From an uncultured Clostridia bacterium (GTDB taxonomy: Bacteria; Bacillota; Clostridia; TANB77; CAG-508), in the NCBI GenBank assembly GCA_944393365.1, contig CALXZZ010000002.1, positions 1 to 43,439 of the forward strand: DNA of 43,439 bases, given 5' to 3'. The position numbers and the translations under genes were made by a program. Under the pieces are notes generated by a model. It was not told the origin of the DNA and searched no databases. It was given only the letters and a program-made list of their open reading frames with translations. Shown piece by piece: positions 37,101 through 43,439 of this stretch; within the stretch, counting starts at the first letter, position 1; each line of letters opens with the position of its first letter.

Positions 37101-38097
37101 ATTTTCCAGTTTGTTTATGTTGGATATAGAAACCTACTCCTTGTAATTTAACTTCATGATTGTCCTCATTTACTTTTATTACTCTTAAGTTTCCTAAAAT
37201 AGGTATATCATAATCAAAATCCATTGTAATTTTTTCTTGATCATTATATGGTTCTCTAACTATTAAGTTTTGCATATATCCAGTTTGTGCTTCCAAAAAC
37301 CATATTTTTACACCTTTAACATCTACTGTAGCATTTGCTGTAATTTTTGTTATTCCAGTAACACCACTATTTACTGGGATAGATATGTAAAAATCTCTTC
37401 CAGATTTAATTTGATTTACTGAATACCAATATTCATTATTTCCATTAAAACTACTGTATAATAATCCATTTATACTACCACCATTTTGATCAAGTACTGT
37501 TACCCCTGTCATAGTTCCAGAGAAAGACCAATTAAATGGACCAATTCTTACATATTCTGTACCATTTCTTTGATATGATTTAACTCGAATATTATCTTTG
37601 TTTGTATTATCAGTAATTTTCATATTTCCTAAGCTATTAGCATATTCTGTAGCTTCTGAGTTTAAATAACTGCTATTTCCTTGTCTATTACTTACAAATC
37701 CATTATATAATCCTGCATGATGTTGCCCCACGTTTCTCATCCAAGTATACATGAAATTCCATATTCCATTTGCAACTGGTCCTTTACTTTTTACACTACC
37801 ATTATCTCCTGACAAAATATATGCTAATTTTGCATTATCATTATGTGTTATTTGTTTTCCAGTATAGTCTGTTGATGTCTTTCCACTAATATCTACTTGA
37901 GATATTACTCTATATGTAACACTATTTCTCAAAGCCTGTCCATGCTCAACACAATATATATTAGAATTACTCATATATTGCCAATATGATACTGATAAAT
38001 ATTGTCCAACATAATAGGCAGAACTAATTGTATTTATCCCAAATATTACTATTATTGCCAATATTACTGATAAGATAATTTTCTTTGTCTTATTCAT
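34120..38097 (-). CDS. B1: LPxTG-like-anchored giant surface protein (Cys-containing N-domain, SpaA-like and SdrD-B-like stalk)
   Basis: GGAGG RBS and signal peptide MNKTKKIILSVILAIIVIFGINTISSA. Motifs: IYCVEHG, YMQNLIV, a SpaA-like domain (GFYIQHKQTGKY...GTYVAYETKNPNYGYE), IYVKLSGFVWVDK, GIDKDSNPGS...YEDDTDAA, and a second SdrD-B-like domain (MTGKVFEDEPVAENG...GDFYISGYIPGDYTLTYTW). The C-terminus is VIITPATGRNLAYVLPITIGIVALVIIGGGIILIKRKVLKKSKD. Confidence 0.8.
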   Translation of the reverse strand: MNKTKKIILSVILAIIVIFGINTISSAYYVGQYLSVSYWQYMSNSNIYCVEHGQALRNSVTYRVISQVDISGKTSTDYTGKQITHNDNAKLAYILSGDNGSVKSKGPVANGIWNFMYTWMRNVGQHHAGLYNGFVSNRQGNSSYLNSEATEYANSLGNMKITDNTNKDNIRVKSYQRNGTEYVRIGPFNWSFSGTMTGVTVLDQNGGSINGLLYSSFNGNNEYWYSVNQIKSGRDFYISIPVNSGVTGITKITANATVDVKGVKIWFLEAQTGYMQNLIVREPYNDQEKITMDFDYDIPILGNLRVIKVNEDNHEVKLQGVGFYIQHKQTGKYVRQDGNGNISYVDNKSQATEFVTDSNGQILIKNLIVGTYVAYETKNPNYGYEIITDGQEQDIVVDKTTDFIIGNKQIYVKLSGFVWVDKPDQKEWDRNDLYKENIIENGEEIYSDTNDILLNGITVRLKDRTTGETVKEMVTGENADLGDGQYLFTDVLIEKLSDYYIEFEYDGLTYTNVIPHIDVDNGSKSAESKEERDAFNRGFSVVEGRTQTTGFTRDENGNERHQLTYNFNSLEHTSTLINNGQYPITANTDVTDYIIREHFTYGQEEIKYINLGLYEREQPDLAIAKDIENVRVAVNGYEHTYEYAQRFNHPDEYGGDGFNVGVKFGEKYAAEPYKRAIYEADYEYVNENDPSKELKVYITYKIAMNNQSTTLTAQINSIVDYYDSRYSIVGIGTGVDEAGNITGALEYTDGTYDSNYNKVIINNNTRIGPLTSTLNSNEGNVYVQFELNREAVINVLNGQENLDNVVEINSYSIFDESGSIYAGIDKDSNPGSSNPEDKTTYEDDTDAALSLQLEVADAREMTGKVFEDEPVAENGQDTSGIMTGKVRQGSGIYEEGETGIAGVEVTLTENTGSGKVYTATTDENGDFYISGYIPGDYTLTYTWGNETYTVQNYKGTVYNTNRDQTNKEWYKEDVDTRYTDALDDYELRKAIDAELTHIQNSTQTTIDKMNSTTPTMGIGVEYDTTTTASAGDRYTYQIRNIDFGIIERAKQDLTIAKKVRNLKITLANGQQVTNIRLEDDGTITGDSSNVTYMPPSNTTSPANGFVRVELDNELIQGATLEVGYEFVATNNSELDYLSENFYKYGIIEGDVVTINASGIIDYLDNDWAFDNASNPDWQVRTLDEVRELLQQDVFENETTTINDKTILYTDTLRNTPIEPANSQSVMLNVSKILTTSEDISLDNETEIVEVDKTGGSDLVSTPGNYVPGTGHTESDDDMAETVIITPATGRNLAYVLPITIGIVALVIIGGGIILIKRKVLKKSKD
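34231..34245 (-). other. TPATG sorting-type motif (B1)
   Basis: Motif, TM helix and basic tail, aligned with LPPTG of B3. Confidence 0.55.
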
Positions 38098-38114
38098 CGT
38101 TTCTTCCTCCTTTC

Positions 38115-41100
38115 CTATATTTTCTTATTATGATTTTTCTTTTTCCAAATCATAATTCCTATTATTGTTAATATTATAATAACTGCTACTACTATGCTTA
38201 TATATGTAACCGCACCTGTTCTAATACTTAAGATTACATCTGCGCTTCCTAAATCGTTTTCACTTGTGTCTTGATTTCCTGGTGTTGAATTTACATCAGC
38301 AATACCTAAATCATTATAATCTTCTGCAATTTCTGCTCTGTTATTAATACGTCCTGTATTATTTTCATTCATGTTTTTAACTACTGTTAATGTTACAGTT
38401 TTACTTTCACCTGGTGCTATTGGTTCATTTGATAAAACTGCTGTATAAATTCCATTTCCTGTTTGATACCAATCTTTATTCATTTCTGAGCTAAATGTAA
38501 GATCACTTGGTAGATAATCTACTATTCTTCTTACATATCCAGTTACATCTCCAACATTTGTAACTCTTATTTGGTACTCAATAATAGCTGTTGTTCCATT
38601 TATTTGTTTAGCATCTAATTCTACTTTTGCCATTGTTTCGTCTTGATATTCTCTTACTGTGGTTCCTTTACTATTTTGTAATAATATTCTACTTACATAT
38701 TTATCTAATTGTAAATCATAATTTTGTAATAATGCTAAACCAATATTTATATCTGAAATGTTATTGTTGTTGATTTCTAGAATATCTGTTGAAGCTACTT
38801 CTTCTTCAGTATCACCTATTGTTAATGTATTCATTAATACATCTGAGTTTTCGCTTTCTGTTGCTCCTCCAACTTTATATCTAGTTAAAGTATATCTAGT
38901 ATCATCATATCCAAATATTGCTATATATCTTCCATTTCCGATACCATCTAATACATATACTCCATTATCATTTGTTGTTGCTTCTAATATATCTCCGTCT
39001 GTTGTTCTTACATAATTATTAGTTTCTACATTTAATAATCTTACCGTAATTCCACTTAATTTTTCTTCATTACCATTTAATATACCATCTGCATTTGCAT
39101 CATACCAAGCAACACCTGTTATAGTTCTGTTTCCTGCAGCAATGTCATTGTCGTCTAAATTATTATCTTCATTTCCTGTAGATCCTTCATTTGCTAAAAT
39201 AATATGATTTATTTCTGAAGTAGTTGCAATTGTCTCTCCATAAACTTCTGCAGTTGCTACGTTTGTTATTGGTTCTGCTGTGTCTCTTCCTTCTGAGTAG
39301 TTAACAACAGCTTGAATTTCTATTTGAGTCTCTCCTCCTGCTTCTATATCACATGGTATTTCTAATTCATTAGTATCTGGTACTTCATATTGTTCTCCAT
39401 TTACCAATATTTGTTGAACACTTAATTGTGATGGTATACTATCTCTAATAATTAATCCTTCAGTTTCCGCAGTTGAATTGTTTTTAACATTTATAATATA
39501 TGTTACTACATCTCCTGAATTTAGATATTCGCTTTCTGTTCCATCTTCCATTGTTAATTCAATATCAAAGTTTCTTACTTCATCTTGTAAATTATTAGAT
39601 TTATAATCTTTTTCTCCATCACTTGCTGTAACAGCAAAGTTTATTGAATTATCATCCGTTCTAGTAATTAACATATCATAGCTTAATACTTTATTTTCTC
39701 CTGGTTGTAAACTTCCAATACTAATTTCATCACTATATTCAATATCTTCTGAAACTATATCAGTAGTTGTTTCTCCTATTGTTTCATCATTTTGAGCTAC
39801 TTCTTCAGATGCTTCTTCTCCTACTCTATATATCTCTCCATCTTCTTTTTCCATTCCAGTAATTAAAGTTACTCTTTGTACTTCTAAGTTATCAGAAAAA
39901 TCTGTATGTACTTTTACATCTGATAATTCTTCATCTGAAATATTTTCAATTATTGCAAAATATTGAACTACTCCTGCTGTATATAAATCAACACTGCTAT
40001 CTGTTACTCTTTTTACTGTAACTCTTAAGTTTCCTCTTTCAGTTGTCAATGTATGTGCTTCTGATTGTGAAGTTACCCCATTATATGTAACTTGTAATGT
40101 ATTTTCTAATTTAGTTCCTTCAGGGGTATCTGAATTTACTCTTACTTCATATGTAATTGTTCTTACTTCTCCTGGTTCAATATTTTGTATTGTTGTTCTA
40201 TATTCTCTGTCAGGTAATTCTTCGTAATATGAAGCTCCTGTATATTCATAATTTTCTTCTGGTACCACCATTGTTGTACCTTCTGGTACTTGGCCAACAA
40301 CTTCTATATTACTAATATCTTCTGATCCAGTATTTGAAACTTTTATATTATATTGAATTACTTCCCCATTTTTAACATTTTGTGTTATTTCTTGACCACC
40401 AATTGTTGCAGATAAACTAGCTTCTATTTTTGGTCCTATTCCTGTTTCTAAAGTAATTACTGAAGAATCTAATGTATTTTCTACTGAAGTTTCACTACTT
40501 ACATAACTTACACTATAATATTCTTCTGCTTGCTTATTATACTCTAAGTTTTCAGGAATTTGAATTGAGTATGCAATTTCAACACTTGCTCCTGTTTCTA
40601 ATTGGTCTACAATTATTAAGTATTTTTTCGCATCTTGTGTAAATTCTGTATTCCATCCATTATCTCTATTATTTAAATCATTTGTAGCATTTTCATTTCC
40701 AGTATAATAAATCGTAACATCTGGTTTTGATACTTGTATTGCATTAATAAGTTGAATTCCTAAATTATTTTCTTCACTATTTGTAGGTAATGTTCCAAGA
40801 ATTCTTACATTATTCATTATACTTTCTGTTGTATTTATTATTTCAGATTGTATTTCCAATTGTTTAGGTACATTTTGTGTTATTAAATTTACACTTGTAT
40901 TTTGTTCTTGCCCAGTTGTTTCTACTGAAATTGCTGGTATACTATTAATTATTGTCAAATCCTTTGGTGCAACTATTCTAATTGCTTGTGTTTCAGTACC
41001 TATAGTTGTATTATTTTTATATGAATGAGCATTTTCATTTTCGTAATACATTGTAATATTTGTATCTGCTGTTGCAGTTTTTCTATCTAAGCTTAAATTT

Positions 41101-42926
41101 GCATTTATTACTAATACTGCTCCTTCAATTGTTGCTTCTTTGTATTTTGTTTGTTCTCCTTGTAATGTAACTATAATATTTCTTCCGTCTACACTGTAAT
41201 TTGCTACACTTAATTCATCCTCATATAAAAGTTCTACACCTGTAATTTCAACATTCTGTACTTGCTCTGGTAATTCAAATCTAAATACAGGATTTCTATA
41301 TAAGTCATATTGTTCACTATTTGATAATAATGTAGCTCTTATTTCTATATCATTATCTACTACTGTAGATAATGTACTTTTGTCTACTTCAAATTTACTT
41401 TGTGTTGTTGTTTCATTTAAAATAATATTGTTTTCTACTGTTCCCATTTCTTGTCCATCATAGCTAAGTCTTGTTATATATCCAAATTGTCCTAATTCTG
41501 CTATGTTACTTGAACTGTCAGGAATTAGTTTTTTATAATTTTTTAGTTCTAAAGTTCCTTCTTTAATTGGTACTGATGTTTCTAATCTTATTGTTGTTGG
41601 TTCACTACTATAAGTGATTGCTATATTCCCATCTTCATCTATTTGACTTGAATTAGTAACTCTTCCTATAACTTGATTATTTTCATCATATATTGTTATC
41701 TCTCCTGTTTGTCCAAACAATTCATCAAATTGCTCTTTAGCTATAAGTGTTCTTGTATATACATCTCTTAATGTGTTTTGATTTGCACTTTCTTCAATTG
41801 TTATTCCTTCAGTAATAGCTCTAGCTAAATTAATATCAATATTTGTATCTACTACATATTCTTTTTCTAGTCCTGCATATAATTTTCCTTTATATATACT
41901 TTGTTGTTCTGACAATGAGTTAATAGTTACAATACTATCTTTTTCTTCATTATCTAAGATAATTGTTCTATCAAATGTTATCTCTTTATTGTCATATAAT
42001 GTTACTGATTCATTTACATCTAGTTCTTGATTTGTTATTTCTACATCACTATCATAAATAAATGTTAATACTATTTTTTCAGTTCCATCTAATTTCCAAC
42101 GAATTTCATTATTATCATTTGGATCATTTGTATAATTAAAGGTTACATATGATCCATCATATGCATAATCATAATATGTCATTTCATTGAAGTCTACAAC
42201 TCTTGCAACTTCTGCTCTTTTACCATCAATTGTTGGAACTTCTATTCTAAGTGAAATATCTTTCATAGGATAGTTATTATCTTCTAATCCAACATTCCAT
42301 AAAAATTGAACTACTCTTTTGTCTTCTCCATTTATAGATGCTATTTTATTTGTAATAACTTCAATATCATTTACTATATTATCAGATGAATAGTTTTCAA
42401 TTAAATTTAATTCTAGGTTTCTTTCAGCTTCTATTTTTATATCTCTTTCAGTACTATCATAATAATTTCCTTCTAGTTTTATCGTATTTGTTTTAGTTAA
42501 ATTGTCTAAATTGAAAATTTCATCTTTGATTAACTCTACTTTTATTTTGATATCTGCTACTGTATTTGCATTAATTTGATTTAGAGTAATCGTATTTCCT
42601 TCTATTTTGTTTACATAGCTACTGTCTGTATCTGTTAAAGTAAAATTGCTATCTTCAATAGTGATTTTACCATTAAAGTAACCTTCTTGTTTTACTTCAA
42701 CTTGCATATTTAAATAAATATCTCCTTCATTTGCCATATCAACAGAAGATATTCTTTGATTATTTGAATCTGTGAAATATGCATCAAATTCAATATTTCT
42801 GTGGTTTGTTTCTACTCCACTTGCTGCATAACTAATAAGACTTGAACCTACAAATATAAAATTTGTTAATGTTAAAGTCATAATTAGTAGTATGATTGTG
42901 GTTATTTTTATTATTTTATTTTTCAT
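38115..42926 (-). CDS. A1: giant DUF11-like and SdrD-B-like repeat surface protein with SIRTG and a TM helix
   Basis: I place the start at ATG 42926 (GGAGGA 7 nt upstream). The ORF-track GTG at 42962 falls at or upstream of the predicted transcription start. Signal peptide MKNKIIKITTIILLIMTLTLTNFIFVGSSLISYA. DUF11-like repeats (IQYNIKVSNTGSEDISNIEVVGQVPEG; VTYIINVKNNSTAETEGLIIRDSIPS). SdrD-B-like domain ITGVAWYDANADGILNGNEEKLSGITVRLLN. The C-terminus is ADVNSTPGNQDTSENDLGSADVILSIRTG, a TM helix and KKKNHNKKI. Confidence 0.8.
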   Translation of the reverse strand: MKNKIIKITTIILLIMTLTLTNFIFVGSSLISYAASGVETNHRNIEFDAYFTDSNNQRISSVDMANEGDIYLNMQVEVKQEGYFNGKITIEDSNFTLTDTDSSYVNKIEGNTITLNQINANTVADIKIKVELIKDEIFNLDNLTKTNTIKLEGNYYDSTERDIKIEAERNLELNLIENYSSDNIVNDIEVITNKIASINGEDKRVVQFLWNVGLEDNNYPMKDISLRIEVPTIDGKRAEVARVVDFNEMTYYDYAYDGSYVTFNYTNDPNDNNEIRWKLDGTEKIVLTFIYDSDVEITNQELDVNESVTLYDNKEITFDRTIILDNEEKDSIVTINSLSEQQSIYKGKLYAGLEKEYVVDTNIDINLARAITEGITIEESANQNTLRDVYTRTLIAKEQFDELFGQTGEITIYDENNQVIGRVTNSSQIDEDGNIAITYSSEPTTIRLETSVPIKEGTLELKNYKKLIPDSSSNIAELGQFGYITRLSYDGQEMGTVENNIILNETTTQSKFEVDKSTLSTVVDNDIEIRATLLSNSEQYDLYRNPVFRFELPEQVQNVEITGVELLYEDELSVANYSVDGRNIIVTLQGEQTKYKEATIEGAVLVINANLSLDRKTATADTNITMYYENENAHSYKNNTTIGTETQAIRIVAPKDLTIINSIPAISVETTGQEQNTSVNLITQNVPKQLEIQSEIINTTESIMNNVRILGTLPTNSEENNLGIQLINAIQVSKPDVTIYYTGNENATNDLNNRDNGWNTEFTQDAKKYLIIVDQLETGASVEIAYSIQIPENLEYNKQAEEYYSVSYVSSETSVENTLDSSVITLETGIGPKIEASLSATIGGQEITQNVKNGEVIQYNIKVSNTGSEDISNIEVVGQVPEGTTMVVPEENYEYTGASYYEELPDREYRTTIQNIEPGEVRTITYEVRVNSDTPEGTKLENTLQVTYNGVTSQSEAHTLTTERGNLRVTVKRVTDSSVDLYTAGVVQYFAIIENISDEELSDVKVHTDFSDNLEVQRVTLITGMEKEDGEIYRVGEEASEEVAQNDETIGETTTDIVSEDIEYSDEISIGSLQPGENKVLSYDMLITRTDDNSINFAVTASDGEKDYKSNNLQDEVRNFDIELTMEDGTESEYLNSGDVVTYIINVKNNSTAETEGLIIRDSIPSQLSVQQILVNGEQYEVPDTNELEIPCDIEAGGETQIEIQAVVNYSEGRDTAEPITNVATAEVYGETIATTSEINHIILANEGSTGNEDNNLDDNDIAAGNRTITGVAWYDANADGILNGNEEKLSGITVRLLNVETNNYVRTTDGDILEATTNDNGVYVLDGIGNGRYIAIFGYDDTRYTLTRYKVGGATESENSDVLMNTLTIGDTEEEVASTDILEINNNNISDINIGLALLQNYDLQLDKYVSRILLQNSKGTTVREYQDETMAKVELDAKQINGTTAIIEYQIRVTNVGDVTGYVRRIVDYLPSDLTFSSEMNKDWYQTGNGIYTAVLSNEPIAPGESKTVTLTVVKNMNENNTGRINNRAEIAEDYNDLGIADVNSTPGNQDTSENDLGSADVILSIRTGAVTYISIVVAVIIILTIIGIMIWKKKNHNKKI
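38214..38228 (-). other. SIRTG motif preceding the A1 TM helix
   Basis: GSADVILSIRTGAVTYISIVVAVIIILTIIGIMIWKKKNHNKKI. Confidence 0.6.
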
Positions 42927-42971
42927 AGTGATGTCCTCCTTTTCATTTCTACATTTTCCCACCTATTACAT

Positions 42972-43000
42972 ATTATATCGCATTTTTCCAGTTTTTTCAA
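42972..43000 (-). promoter_or_regulatory. Consensus sigma-A-type promoter for A1-B1
   Basis: On the - strand TTGAAA (43000-42995), a 17-nt spacer and TATAAT (42977-42972). Confidence 0.7.
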
Positions 43001-43072
43001 CACTTTTTCGGTTATTTTTTAAGTTTTTATGTAGATTTCCGAAGGTTGCTAATATATAATTTAAATAAATAG

Positions 43073-43112
43073 AAAAAAATAAGATTAAGTAAAGTCTTAA
43101 TCCTATTTTTTT
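43073..43112 (-). terminator. AT-rich terminator hairpin after the PD-(D/E)XK gene
   Basis: On the - strand ATAGGATTAAG pairs with CTTAATCTTAT (one mismatch, 6-nt loop) and is followed by TTTTTTT. An A-run on the other side makes it potentially bidirectional. Confidence 0.5.
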
Positions 43113-43116
43113 CCGT

Positions 43117-43439
43117 TTAATATACTTCCATTTTCACTTCTTTGCCTTTGAAAGCATACACCATTTTTGTTATATTTTTAAATCCTCTTTCTCTTAAGTT
43201 TTGCTCATAGCCTTTTTCTTCTATTTGTTTTTTAGCATTTTCTATTGTTTCTTCTATTGTCTTTTCTTCCATATCTTCCATTACTTTGAATTCCATTATA
43301 AAACTATTTCCATTTTTATCTTTTGGCTCTAACATTATGTCATACCTTCCTATTCCTGATTCTCTATTTGAATTCACATAGTAGCTATCTTTTAATCCTA
43401 CTAACATTCCTAATACAAATGCATGGTAGAAATTCTCTG
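43117..43439 (-). CDS. C-terminal PD-(D/E)XK nuclease-like domain of an AAA-ATPase-like (DUF1703-type) protein; the 5' part is outside the window
   Basis: The frame stays open to the right edge (ENFYHAFVLGMLVGLKD...). The motif SNRESGIGRYDIMLEPKDKNGNSFIMEFKV matches the ESG.GR.D / E.K core of this family. Confidence 0.7.
   Translation of the reverse strand, partial: ENFYHAFVLGMLVGLKDSYYVNSNRESGIGRYDIMLEPKDKNGNSFIMEFKVMEDMEEKTIEETIENAKKQIEEKGYEQNLRERGFKNITKMVYAFKGKEVKMEVY

Noticed and set aside
9519-42926. Interpretation of the A/B cassettes as a canonical sortase-assembled pilus operon (tip, backbone and base pilins plus a class C sortase).
   Set aside because: There is no sortase gene in the window, and I saw no recognisable pilin motif or E-box. 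Both partners are 1,300-1,650 aa multi-domain proteins rather than ~500-aa pilins. The B proteins are better described as stalked adhesins, and the role of the A proteins is unknown.
1-43439. tRNA, rRNA, tmRNA, transposase, integrase or toxin-antitoxin genes that would mark the block as a mobile island.
   Set aside because: None was recognised on either strand. The intergenic regions are short and are accounted for by promoters, terminators and the repeats listed. Base composition looks uniformly AT-rich across the core and accessory parts.

Overview
Strongly AT-rich window from a low-GC, spore-forming Firmicute (Clostridia-like; spoIIE is present). Positions 1-9,040 hold ordinary housekeeping genes. 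lemA and htpX are on the + strand. tatD, acpS, a hypothetical membrane-anchored protein, a WG-repeat protein and spoIIE are on the - strand. Positions 9,519-42,962 form a ~33-kb accessory block made almost entirely of giant secreted or surface proteins on the - strand.

The core of the block is three tandem paralogous copies of a two-gene cassette:
- A proteins are ~1,400-1,650 aa. They carry a signal peptide, DUF11-like repeats and an SdrD-B-like domain, and end in SI[R/E]TG plus a TM helix.
- B proteins are ~1,330-1,470 aa. They carry a signal peptide, a Cys-containing N-domain, a SpaA-like and SdrD-B-like stalk, and an LPxTG-like sorting signal.

Cassettes 1 and 2 are separate, tightly coupled gene pairs. 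Cassette 3 is fused in frame into one 2,842-codon ORF, where an A-type membrane anchor runs directly into a B-type signal peptide.

Between cassettes 2 and 3 lie two other genes. One is a 1,594-aa mosaic surface protein with a pilin-like N-terminus, Listeria-Bacteroides repeats, an internal dockerin and duplicated CBM-like modules. The other is a 5'-truncated + strand paralogue carrying cell-wall-binding repeats.

A ~167-nt non-coding module (terminator plus putative promoter) is almost identical upstream of A2 and A3, although the adjoining coding sequence has diverged strongly. Two further repeat features stand out: an oriented ~47-nt 'GGGAC' element found immediately after four stop codons, and a 185-bp nested palindrome upstream of spoIIE.

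I recognised no rRNA, tRNA, CRISPR array, transposase, sortase or regulator gene. All domain calls come from motif recognition by eye, not from database searches.
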